Source: Candidatus Fervidifonticultor sextus (GTDB lineage Bacteria > Sysuimicrobiota > Sysuimicrobiia > Sysuimicrobiales > Humicultoraceae). Taken from it: 64,000 nt of DNA. Positions 40,379-49,409 of the stretch are shown piece by piece; positions within the stretch are counted from its first letter, which is position 1, and each line of letters opens with the position of its first letter. The notes below the pieces were generated by a model that was given only the letters and a program-made list of their open reading frames with translations, did no database searches and had not been told where the DNA came from. The translations under genes and the position numbers were made by a program. The stretch spans positions 1 through 64,000 of the forward strand of contig JAVKHQ010000008.1 of assembly GCA_031459875.1 (NCBI GenBank). The letters are read 5' to 3'.

Positions 40379-41362
40379 CTACTCGCTGGCACCGGCGATC
40401 GGCGCAAAGGCCTCGTCGAGGCTGAAGGGGGAGCGCACCAGCCGCTGCTCGACCAGGTAGTCGCGCAAGGCGTGCAGGGTAGGGCGGTTCGCCTCAAGTC
40501 CGTAGGGCCAGGGATCGGCGCCGAAGACCTCCGCCATCTCCTCGATGTGGGCGTGGAGCCACGGCAGCGTGTAGCGGAGGCTGCTGCTGAACGCCATCTG
40601 TGCCAGACACCACGCCTTGGCCTGCACGAAGGCCTTGTAGAGACTCTCGGCCACCCAGGGGTGACGGCGGTAGAGCCCCTCCCGGACGACGACGGTGTGC
40701 ATGATGGGAAAGATGCCGGTCCGCCGGTAGTAATCGCGCTCCATCTCCCGGTAGTTGGGGAAGAGTCGCTGCACGCACGGGTCCCGGCCGAGGGCATCCG
40801 GCCGCCGCGCACCGATGAGGGCGTCGATGGCACCTTCCACCAGGAGGTCGTTGAGGGGCCGGTCGCCGACGCGCTCGATCGAGACGTCCGCGTCGGGGAG
40901 GTTGACCAGGACGTCGGGCCGGCCCGGGGCGTTCACCCCGCCGGCGACCCAGCGGATCCCCTCCAGATTCACCCCAAACTCGTGCTGCAGGAGGCCCCGG
41001 ATCCAGACGGCGGCCGTCTGACTGTACTCGGGGACGCCCACGCGTCTTCCTTCGAGGTCTTTGGGACCCCGGATGCCGGATTGGGTGTTGATGAAGATGT
41101 AGCCGTGACGGAACATCCGCGACGGGAACACCGGCAGCGCCACGAAGGGGCAGTCGCCCCGGCTCCGGTGGATGAGGTAGTGGGCGCAGGACATCTCGGA
41201 GGCGTCGAAGGACGCGTTGGCCACCATGCGGGCGAAGATCTCGGGCGGCGACTGGATGGGAATGTAGACGAGGTCGATGCCCTCCGGCCTCACCACGCCG
41301 GTCCGCAGCGCCTCGGTCCGGTCGTAGGGTCCACAGGCCAGGCTCAGGCGGAGCGTCGTCAC
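40379..41362 (-). CDS. 4,5-dihydroxyphthalate decarboxylase-like protein
   Basis: LSLACGPYDRTEAL..G.V.PEG, FDASEMS, PVFPSRMFRH, GVPEYSQTAAVWIRG, GIFPIMHTVVV, DPWPYG.EANR. Confidence 0.8.
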   Translation of the reverse strand: MTTLRLSLACGPYDRTEALRTGVVRPEGIDLVYIPIQSPPEIFARMVANASFDASEMSCAHYLIHRSRGDCPFVALPVFPSRMFRHGYIFINTQSGIRGPKDLEGRRVGVPEYSQTAAVWIRGLLQHEFGVNLEGIRWVAGGVNAPGRPDVLVNLPDADVSIERVGDRPLNDLLVEGAIDALIGARRPDALGRDPCVQRLFPNYREMERDYYRRTGIFPIMHTVVVREGLYRRHPWVAESLYKAFVQAKAWCLAQMAFSSSLRYTLPWLHAHIEEMAEVFGADPWPYGLEANRPTLHALRDYLVEQRLVRSPFSLDEAFAPIAGASE

Positions 41363-41366
41363 GGCG

Positions 41367-41888
41367 CTAGAGAGGGTAGACGAAGACGTCCTGGAGGACC
41401 GGGTGGTCGAGGATGACGATCTTCGCCTTGAACCTGGCGGCCCCGTCGGGGAAGACGACGACATCGCGGTACTCGCCGACGGCCAGCACCCGCATCTGGC
41501 CGTCGATGGCGCCGCTGCCCCAGACCATGAAGTTCGCGCCGAGGTGGGCCTCGTCGGACTCCTTCAGATCCACCCAGGCGGGGCCGACGATGTGGCGCGG
41601 CCAGGCCTCGTTGTAGTGGCGGTCCTCCGTACGGCCTCCCGCACCCCAGAACTCCCTGACGATGACGACGCGGTCGCGGATGCGGTCCCTGGTGTCGTCC
41701 CGGACGACGGCGATGGGGAGCCCGCGCTCGTGGTTCTCGCGCGTGACCACCAGGTAGGTCGCCTCTTCGGCGAAGAGGTCCGGCCACTCCTCGATCCGGC
41801 GGGGATCGTCGACCACGCGGACGTAGCGGGCCAGCAGGTCGAGCGCGGCCTGGCGCCGGCCGGCGCCGTCAGCGGGGCCCGCTGGCAT
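41367..41888 (-). CDS. Aromatic ring-hydroxylating dioxygenase beta subunit
   Basis: YVRVVDD..IEEWPDLF....Y...TREN..GLP, GEYRD, C-terminal VYPL. Start uncertain. Confidence 0.85.
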   Translation of the reverse strand: MPAGPADGAGRRQAALDLLARYVRVVDDPRRIEEWPDLFAEEATYLVVTRENHERGLPIAVVRDDTRDRIRDRVVIVREFWGAGGRTEDRHYNEAWPRHIVGPAWVDLKESDEAHLGANFMVWGSGAIDGQMRVLAVGEYRDVVVFPDGAARFKAKIVILDHPVLQDVFVYPL

Positions 41889-43092
41889 CGGCGGCTCCAT
41901 CGGAAGGGATGGCAAAGCCCAGCAGGCGCCGGTACGCCTGGTAGAAATGGCGGATCGGGGCCTCGTCGACGTGCCGGTACGGCGGGAAGCGGCGGGGGGT
42001 GCCCTTGAGGACCACGTTCTCTCCGCGGGCGACGGCGCTGCGCTGTACCCGTTCCAGCGCGGCCGCGTCCTCGAGGGTGATGGCGCCCGCCGGCCCCAAC
42101 ACCGCGGGGCCCTGGCGGTTCCGGTGGAGGAGCACCTCCGGCGGATCGCTCTGCCGGCCGAAGAAGGCGAACTCGATCAGCGTCCGGTCGAGGTCCAGCG
42201 GCACCACGTAGCGCAGCTGAATGGTGTCGAAGTAGTCGGTGACCACGCCGGATGGAAAGACGACCATCATGGTGTGGTCGGTGGTGGGCTTCGTGCGCAC
42301 CTCGAAGAGGCTCATGTCGCGCAACACGGGCCGCAGGTGATCGACCGGGGTGGAGCGGGACCGGCTCCAGAGGTGGCCGTTCCGCTCGTAGTTGGGAACC
42401 AGGCGGTCTCCGCCGTGCGAGCGCAACCGGACCACCTGGAAGCCGGTGTGCAGCGCCGTCACATGATAGCCATCGTAGATGTTCTCGACGTAGAGCTTCC
42501 AGTTGGTGTGGAAGACCACCTTGATCGAGCCCAGAAAGCGCAGCGCCCCGTCGCCCAGGACGCGGTCGATGCCCTCGGTCAGTTCGGCCAGGTAGTCGCG
42601 CAGCGGGGGCGTCGCGTCGCTGAACGTGGCGAAGATTGTACCCCGGTAGGTCTCCACCCGCGCATGGGGAATCCCGTAGTCTTCCTGCCGGAAGTCGGCG
42701 GGAAAGTCTTCCGGCAGCGAGACCGCGGTGAGGCGGCCGGCGGTGTCGTAAGTCCACATGTGGTAGATGCACCGGAAGCCGCCCCGGCCGACGTTCCCGG
42801 AGGGGCCTTCGACCAGGCGGGTGCCGCGGTGGGCGCACGCGTTCACCAACACGCGCACGACCCCGTCCGTCCCGCGGACGACGATCGCGGGGATGGTCCC
42901 CACCGAGGTGGTCTTGTAGTCGCCGGGGGTTGGCACCTCCGCCTCGTGACCCACCAGCACCCACACCGGGCCGGTGAACACCGCGTCCATCTCCAGGCGG
43001 AAGAGGTCGGGGTTGGTGAAGATCTCGCGCGGGATCCGGTTGTCTTCCTGCGGCCAGCGGATGGTCCGCAGGAGGTCGCTCTCGATGTCCAC
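41869..43092 (-). CDS. Rieske ring-hydroxylating dioxygenase alpha subunit (salicylate/anthranilate/terephthalate-like class)
   Basis: NACAHRG...CIYHMW Rieske ligands; NWKLYVENIYDGYHVTALH and ED mononuclear-Fe ligands. Confidence 0.9.
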   Translation of the reverse strand: MDIESDLLRTIRWPQEDNRIPREIFTNPDLFRLEMDAVFTGPVWVLVGHEAEVPTPGDYKTTSVGTIPAIVVRGTDGVVRVLVNACAHRGTRLVEGPSGNVGRGGFRCIYHMWTYDTAGRLTAVSLPEDFPADFRQEDYGIPHARVETYRGTIFATFSDATPPLRDYLAELTEGIDRVLGDGALRFLGSIKVVFHTNWKLYVENIYDGYHVTALHTGFQVVRLRSHGGDRLVPNYERNGHLWSRSRSTPVDHLRPVLRDMSLFEVRTKPTTDHTMMVVFPSGVVTDYFDTIQLRYVVPLDLDRTLIEFAFFGRQSDPPEVLLHRNRQGPAVLGPAGAITLEDAAALERVQRSAVARGENVVLKGTPRRFPPYRHVDEAPIRHFYQAYRRLLGFAIPSDGAADASGPR

Positions 43093-43311
43093 TCACCCCC
43101 CGCCAGTCCGTGGGAACACCGCACCTAACGCCAACATTATGCGGCGCCCGTGGCCCCATGAGAAGAGGGCCGGGTCCGTCCCTTCGGCCGGCATCGGAGC
43201 CCACCGACCCATCAGATGCCGGTGGCCGGTGGCCCGACCGGACAGGTCCCTCCACCTCCCCCTTGACGGCCGTGGCCTCCAACCCACATCCTGGACGACA
43301 CAGGTGCCGCG

Positions 43312-44475
43312 ATGCCGTCTGTCGGCCTGACCGACCTCGTCAAGACCTACCGCCTCGGCCGGCTGCACGTCCGGGCGGTCAACGGCGCCACGCTGGAGGC
43401 CCCCCACGGCCAGATCCTGACGCTGTTGGGACCCAGCGGGTGCGGCAAGTCGACGACCCTGCGGTGTGTCGCAGGCCTCGAGCGGCCCGACGACGGCGAG
43501 ATCCGGTTCGGTGAGCGCGTGACCTATAGCCGCGCGAAGGGCGTCTTCGTTCCGCCCGACCGCCGGAACGTCGGAATGGTCTTCCAGTCCTACGCGATCT
43601 GGCCGCACCTGACGGTCTACGAGAATGTGGCCTACCCCCTGGAGGTTCGAGGGCTGCGGCGCCAGGAGGCGGTGGAGCGCGTTCGGGCCGCCCTGGCCCT
43701 GGTCGGGCTGGAGGGGCTGGAGGACCGCCCGGCCCCCTACCTGTCCGGCGGGCAGCAGCAGCGCGTGGCCCTCGCCCGCGTCCTCGTCTACGAGCCCGAG
43801 GTCCTCCTGCTGGACGAGCCGCTGTCCAACCTCGATGCCAAGGTCCGCGAGCAGGTGCGGGAGGACCTGCGCGCCCTGCAGCGGCGCCTGGGGATCACGA
43901 CGATCTACGTCACCCACGACCAGCTGGAGGCGCTGGCCCTCTCCGACGTGATCGTGGTCATGCAGGCGGGACACATCGTCGAGGTTGGCACCCCCCAGCA
44001 ACTCTACGCCCGGCCCACAGCCCGGTTCACGGCCACCTTCCTGGGAGAGATCAGCTATCTCTCGGGCGCGGTCAGCCAGGAGGATGACGGCACGGTCACC
44101 GTCCTCACCCCGGTGGGCCCGCTGCGCTGCCTCAATCCGCACCCGATGAGCCGGCGGACGGCCCTGGTGGCCGGCGTCCGGCCCGAGCACGTGAGTGTGC
44201 GCACACACCACCCGGCCGGGGAGCCCAATGCCTTCCACGGGACGATCCTCTCCGCCCTGTTCGAGGGGGGCCGCGCGAAGTACCGCATCGCACTGGACGG
44301 CCTGACGGTACTGGCGTACGGCCCGCCGGGTTTCGCCCCGGGCGAGCGGGTCTGCGCGGTCATCGATCCGGCCCGGGTCATCCTGCTGCCCGATCTCCCG
44401 GCCGGGTTCAACCCGCCTGAAACCTCCCCATCGCCCGGCGCGCCGCGGCGACCATCGCCAGGGACGTCAGGCTGA
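43312..44475 (+). CDS. ABC transporter ATP-binding protein (FbpC/PotA-like, TOBE tail)
   Basis: GPSGCGKS, VFQSYA, LSGGQQQR, LLDEP, YVTHDQ. Confidence 0.93.
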   Translation: MPSVGLTDLVKTYRLGRLHVRAVNGATLEAPHGQILTLLGPSGCGKSTTLRCVAGLERPDDGEIRFGERVTYSRAKGVFVPPDRRNVGMVFQSYAIWPHLTVYENVAYPLEVRGLRRQEAVERVRAALALVGLEGLEDRPAPYLSGGQQQRVALARVLVYEPEVLLLDEPLSNLDAKVREQVREDLRALQRRLGITTIYVTHDQLEALALSDVIVVMQAGHIVEVGTPQQLYARPTARFTATFLGEISYLSGAVSQEDDGTVTVLTPVGPLRCLNPHPMSRRTALVAGVRPEHVSVRTHHPAGEPNAFHGTILSALFEGGRAKYRIALDGLTVLAYGPPGFAPGERVCAVIDPARVILLPDLPAGFNPPETSPSPGAPRRPSPGTSG

Positions 44476-45998
44476 TCACGACGCCCAGGGCGGCCATGCG
44501 GCCCTGGTGACCGTCGAGCCACAGGTGGTAGAGCAGGGGCCCCACGGGCTCCGATCGAGGGGTGTAGAGGAAGAGCGAGGTGCTGAATTCCCGCATGAAG
44601 ATCGTAGCCAGGATCACCCACCCCGCCGCAAACCCCGGGCGCAGCAGGGGCAGGAGGATGCGCCGGAAGGTCCGGGCGAGCCCGGCGCCGCAGATGCGCG
44701 ACGCCTCTTCGAGTTCGCCGTGGACCTGCACCATGGTGCTGGTCATCGTCCGCAGCCCATAGGGAAGGAACCGGGTGATGTAGGCGATAAGCAGGATCCA
44801 GATCGTGGCGTAGAGGGGGACGGGGAAGCGGACGTAGCCCCACAGCAGGCCGATGGCCAGGGCCGTCCCGGGGAACGCCCAGGGGACGAAGGCCAGCACC
44901 TCTAAGACGGCGCGCCCGGGGACCCGGGTGCGCACCGTGAGGTAGGCGACCACCGAGCTCAGGAGCATCGCGAGGGTCGCGCCGACGGTGGCCAGGGTCA
45001 CGCTGAGCCGCAGCGCCCGCGCCACCCGGTCGTTCTCCATCAGGTAGACGTAGTGCTTACCCGTGAGCGCCTGCAGCGTCTTGAGGGTCGGGACCTCGTA
45101 GAACGGCAGCAGCGAGGTGAGGACCAGCACGCCGATCGGCAGCACCACGATGAAGGCCAGGATGAGCAGGGCGACGGCCGAAGCGGCGTACCGCCAGCTT
45201 CCCAGGTCGATGACCTGGGGACGGTACCCGCGGCCGGTGACGGTTGCGAAGCGTTCCGTGCGGCCGACCAATCGCCGGTAGACGTAGACGAAGGCCATCG
45301 TGATGGCCAGCAGGCTCATGGCGTAGGCGGCCGCCAGGTTGTGGTTGGGCGGGTACTGTGCCAGGGCCTCCCGGAAGATCTTGGTCGTCAGCACCTCGAT
45401 GCGGGCGGGCAGCGCGATGATCGCGGGCACATCGAAACTCTCGATGGCGCGCACGAAGTTCAGGATGCCGGCAGCCAGCAGGGCGGGGAGGACCAGCGGA
45501 GCCGTGATCCGCCTGGCCGTCTGGAGGGAGGTGGCCCCGGCGATACGGGCCGACTCCTCCAGGGACGGGTCCATGGAGCGCAGGGCGCCGGCAATGACGA
45601 GGAAGGCCAGCGGCGCCAGCACGAGCCCCTCGACGAAGATCATGCCCGGCATCGAGTAGACGTTCAGCGGCGGCAGCCCCAGGCGCTGCACCACGGCCAG
45701 GTTGAGCAGCCCGATGCGCGGGCTGAGCAGGAGGGCCCAGGAGGCCGCGATCAACAGCGGCGGGAGGACGTTGGGCGCCAGCGCCACGAGTTCGAACAGG
45801 CCCCGCCCGGGCGCGTTGGTGCGCACCGTGATCCAGGCCAGCAGGCCGGCCAGGGCGAGCGAGAGGGCCGAGGCGCCGGCTGCAAAGACGACCGACGTGC
45901 CGATCAGCCGGTAGGTGTGCGGATCGCCGTAGGCCGCCGCATAGTGGGCCAGGGTGAACCGTCCGGCGACACCCAGCGGCGCGTCGCTGAAGCTGCCC
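44408..45998 (-). pseudogene. FbpB-type ABC permease (duplicated domains) lacking its start and first TM helix
   Basis: Two EAA loops (LEESARIAGA; LEEASRICGA). The permease-like frame begins abruptly at GSFSDAPLG near 45998 with non-membrane out-of-frame SBP sequence upstream. Confidence 0.7.
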
Positions 45999-46986
45999 GG
46001 AATTTCCTGAGCTCCGCGTCGTCGAGATCGTCCATCATGACGATCCGCAGTTTGTCGGCGTCCCTGATGGGAGGGTAGACCCCCGGCACCAGGACGAACT
46101 CTCCCGCCCGCGCCAGGGCCAGCAGCCCCAGCCGCGAGGTGAGCAGGTCGATGAACAGCTTGCCGGCGTTGGGGTGGTCGGGTTTCGCCCCCAGAGCCAC
46201 GTGGTGGGCCTCCGCGAGCACCGGGTTCAGGCGCACGTAGTCCAGCGGCGCGCCGTCCTGCCCGAAGACGTGGACGTACTTGACGTGGCTGATGCCCAAC
46301 GGGAATTCCCCCGCGATCACCTTCTGCGCCGACGGAATGAACGACTCCACCAGCCCCACCTGCCCGGCGATGCGTTCGACGAAGGCGCGGTGCTGCGGCC
46401 CCAGGACCTTCTGCAGATTCGACAGCCACACGGCCGTCGTGGTGTGTAGCGTGGGATCGGGCATCACCACCCTGCCCTTCCACCTGGGGTCGAGCAACTC
46501 TGCCAGGGACTTCGGCGCATCGTCGGGCCTCAGCAGGCGCGTATTGAGCAGGATGCTGACGACCACGACCCGATAGGAGGGGGAGAGGATGCCGTCGGGG
46601 TCGTGGCTGGCGACGGGAAAGGCTTCATAGGACGGGGCGGTATACTTCCCGAACACGCCCGCCCGCTTCATGATGAGCATCGGGCTGCGGTTGGTGAGCA
46701 CCACGTCGAACTGAGGCCGGCCGGCCCTCGCTTCGGTGAGCACGCGGTCGGTGACGCGGTTGCTCGCCGCCCGCCAGTACTCCACGCGGACGCCGTACTT
46801 GCCCTCGAAGATCTTCTGGATGACCTCGAAAACGTCGGTCTCCAGGGACCCGTAGACGACGACCCTGCCCTCTCGCCTGGCGGCGCCCACCAGGTCGGCC
46901 TGCGCCAGCGCATCCGACCCCCAGGACACGAGCACCCCGCCGAGGAGGCAGGCCGAGACCGCAGAGACGATCCGTCCTGCGCGCAT
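45904..46986 (-). CDS. ABC substrate-binding protein (Fe3+/thiamine-like class), C-terminus apparently truncated and fused
   Basis: Signal peptide, AARREGRVVVYGS, ELLDPRWKG, HPNAGKLFID. After ELRKFR the frame runs into permease DNA. Confidence 0.8.
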   Translation of the reverse strand: MRAGRIVSAVSACLLGGVLVSWGSDALAQADLVGAARREGRVVVYGSLETDVFEVIQKIFEGKYGVRVEYWRAASNRVTDRVLTEARAGRPQFDVVLTNRSPMLIMKRAGVFGKYTAPSYEAFPVASHDPDGILSPSYRVVVVSILLNTRLLRPDDAPKSLAELLDPRWKGRVVMPDPTLHTTTAVWLSNLQKVLGPQHRAFVERIAGQVGLVESFIPSAQKVIAGEFPLGISHVKYVHVFGQDGAPLDYVRLNPVLAEAHHVALGAKPDHPNAGKLFIDLLTSRLGLLALARAGEFVLVPGVYPPIRDADKLRIVMMDDLDDAELRKFRAASATRRWVSPDGSPWPTMRRPTAIRTPTG

Positions 46987-47049
46987 CGCGATCCCCCCCG
47001 TCGCGCGGCTTTGGGCGATGTGTTCGCCGCATATCCGGGCCACCCTGCA

Positions 47050-47058
47050 TGCTATACT
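47050..47058 (+). promoter_or_regulatory. Putative extended -10 for the second dioxygenase operon
   Basis: TGcTATACT about 65 bp before ATG 47122 (AGGAGG RBS). Confidence 0.5.
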
Positions 47059-47121
47059 TCCGCATAAGCGGCGGTCCGGGCCGGGGCGCCGGGACTGGGG
47101 GAGGCAGGAGGGTCGCGGATC

Positions 47122-48411
47122 ATGGCGGTCAGGGAGGAGACACTGAAGTCCTATGCGGGGCTGGTAGCCGATGATCCGCGCGAGTTTCGGGTTCATGGGT
47201 CCATCTATACCGATCCGGACCTCTTCGCCGTGGAGATGGAGCGCATCTTCGAGCGGTGCTGGGTCTACGTCGGGCACGAGTCAGAGGTGTCGGCGCCCGG
47301 CGACTACAAGACGGTGGTGGTGGGGACCCAGCCGCTGATCCTCACCCGCCACGAGGACGGACGCATCTACTGCTTCTACAACCGCTGCCGGCACCGCGGC
47401 GCCGTGGTCTGCCGGCAGGAGCGCGGGCACTCCAACTTCTTCCGCTGCCGCTACCACAACTGGGTCTACGCCAACAACGGCGCCCTGATCGGCATGGCCC
47501 AGAGCACGGGCTACCCTGACGACTTCGACAGGCGCGCCTACGGCCTGGTCCCCGTGGCGCGGCTGGAGAGTTACCGGGGGATGCTGTTCGTCAACCTGTC
47601 GGATCGGGGGCCCGGACTGGCCGAGCACCTGGCCCCCGTCCGCCGGTACATCGACTACTGGTTCGGGCGCTCTCCCGTCGAAGAGATCGAGGTCTGCTTG
47701 CCCCCCCATCGGTACGAGTATCCGGGCAACTGGAAACTGCAGGCCGAGAACGGGTCCGACGGCTATCACGGCAACTACGTGCACCTCTCGTGGCAGCGCG
47801 TCCTGGCGCTGGCAAGAGAGTCGACGGTGGAGGAAACCCAGCAGTACCGCCAGGCGGGGTGCACCCGGGGCCTGGCCAACGGCCACGGCGTCCTGGAGCG
47901 GCCGGGCAGCCTCAACCCCAACTCGAGCTGGACCGCCCGGATGATGCACCGCTACCCGGCCTACGCGGAGGCCATGCGCGCCCGATTCTCCGACGAGGAG
48001 CTGGTGGAGATTTCGGCACGGCGCAACATCTTCGTGTTCCCCAACCTCTACCTCTTCGAGACCCACTGCCGGGTGATCGTGCCCAGGGCGCCGGATCGGA
48101 CCGAGGTGCAGCTCTACGTGTACGCCCTGCGGGGCGTCCCCGACGCCATCAACGAAGGGCGGTTGCGGGGACACGAGCGGTTCTTCGGCCCGGCCGGGTT
48201 CGGGACGCCCGACGACATCGAGGTCTTCACGGAGGTCCAGACCGGGGTGCGGGCCCGCGGCGTCGAGTGGAACCTGCTCAACCGGGGCCAGCACCGGGAG
48301 CGGTTCGAAGCGGGCGAGTGGATCGGCCACACCACCGATGAGGCGCCGCAGCGGTCGCTGTACCGGCAGTGGCGGCGCATGATGGCGGACGGTGAGCGCG
48401 CCGATGTCTGA
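47122..48411 (+). CDS. Rieske ring-hydroxylating dioxygenase alpha subunit (benzoate/cumate-like class)
   Basis: NRCRHRG...CRYHNW; GNWKLQAENGSDGYHGNYVH; FFGPAGFGTPDDIEVF. Confidence 0.9.
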   Translation: MAVREETLKSYAGLVADDPREFRVHGSIYTDPDLFAVEMERIFERCWVYVGHESEVSAPGDYKTVVVGTQPLILTRHEDGRIYCFYNRCRHRGAVVCRQERGHSNFFRCRYHNWVYANNGALIGMAQSTGYPDDFDRRAYGLVPVARLESYRGMLFVNLSDRGPGLAEHLAPVRRYIDYWFGRSPVEEIEVCLPPHRYEYPGNWKLQAENGSDGYHGNYVHLSWQRVLALARESTVEETQQYRQAGCTRGLANGHGVLERPGSLNPNSSWTARMMHRYPAYAEAMRARFSDEELVEISARRNIFVFPNLYLFETHCRVIVPRAPDRTEVQLYVYALRGVPDAINEGRLRGHERFFGPAGFGTPDDIEVFTEVQTGVRARGVEWNLLNRGQHRERFEAGEWIGHTTDEAPQRSLYRQWRRMMADGERADV

Positions 48412-48907
48412 GCGGCTCACGGCCGAGGAGGCGGAACGCTTCCTGTTTGCCGAAGCGCGGCTGCTGGACGAGCGGCGCTTCGAGGAGTGGGAGGCCCTCT
48501 TCACCGACGACGGCGTCTACTGGCTGCCGATCGATCCGGACAGGGATCCCTCGCAGGCCGTCGCCATCATCTACGACGACCGCCGGCGTCTCCACGAGCG
48601 CGTCTACCGGTTGACGAAGACCCCGGTGCTCGACCAGAATCCTCCGTCGCGGACCATCCGTTTCGTCTCCAACGTCGAGGTCACCGACGGCGAGGGGGCC
48701 GGCGAGGCGGTCGTCCACTGCCGCCAGTTGATCGCCGAGATGCGCCCCGGGGGCCCGGGTCAGGAAGGCCTGAACGCGCCGCGGCTCTTCGCGGCGCGCT
48801 GCCAGTACCGACTGCGCCAGGTCGGGGGCGCCTGGAAGATCGCCCTGAAACAGGTGGTCCTCCTGACCTCGGACGAACCCCAGTACAACCTGTCCTTCAT
48901 CCCCTGA
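48404..48907 (+). CDS. Ring-hydroxylating dioxygenase beta subunit
   Basis: FLFAEARLLDE.RFEEW, YWLP, IYDDR..L.ERV.RL, P.SRT.R.VSNV. Confidence 0.9.
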   Translation: MSERLTAEEAERFLFAEARLLDERRFEEWEALFTDDGVYWLPIDPDRDPSQAVAIIYDDRRRLHERVYRLTKTPVLDQNPPSRTIRFVSNVEVTDGEGAGEAVVHCRQLIAEMRPGGPGQEGLNAPRLFAARCQYRLRQVGGAWKIALKQVVLLTSDEPQYNLSFIP

Positions 48908-48909
48908 GG

Positions 48910-49404
48910 ATGGCGTCTTTCGGACGGTCCGCCACCAGCATCACGTCCCTCGCCCGGCTGGGTAACGTCGAGGTGAGCCGATACGAGACGGCGACCGGGG
49001 CGCGGCTCCGTCTGCGGAACCTGGCGCCGGAGCCGATGGAGGCCTTTCTTGACCCCCTGGAGCTCGAGGGCCTCACCCGCGCGCGGCACAAGGCGTTCCC
49101 GCTGCTGGGCGGCGCGCCGGGCCACCCGGCGGCCCGCACGGGACCGGAGGAATCCGTGCTTCGCGCCCCAGCGGGCGAGCACCTGGAGCGCCTCCAGAAC
49201 GAGTTTGCCCTCGTGGGCGTGGCCGTGGCGCACCCACCCGCCGGCGAGGGCCTGCTCATCCGCGACATGAACGCCGGACTGGGCATCCTGCTCACCCCGG
49301 CCGAACTGGAGGCGCTGCTGCGGGTGCGCCACATGGACTTCGCCCCGCTGGTGGACACCAGCGACCTGGTCGCGATTCCCGATCCCGACATCGACGAGGT
49401 CTAG
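48910..49404 (+). CDS. Hypothetical protein resembling the small ORF in actinobacterial phthalate dioxygenase clusters, internally duplicated
   Basis: V.V.R.ET..GARL...LDPLELEGL followed by NEFA.V.V...G.GLLI...L.P.ELEALL. ATG 3 nt after the beta-subunit stop. Confidence 0.6.
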   Translation: MASFGRSATSITSLARLGNVEVSRYETATGARLRLRNLAPEPMEAFLDPLELEGLTRARHKAFPLLGGAPGHPAARTGPEESVLRAPAGEHLERLQNEFALVGVAVAHPPAGEGLLIRDMNAGLGILLTPAELEALLRVRHMDFAPLVDTSDLVAIPDPDIDEV

Positions 49405-49409
49405 CTCTG

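Noticed and set aside
44408..46483. 691-aa ORF as an intact permease
   Set aside because: Its first ~160 codons are an alternative frame of the SBP gene; only the part from about 45998 down is permease-like.
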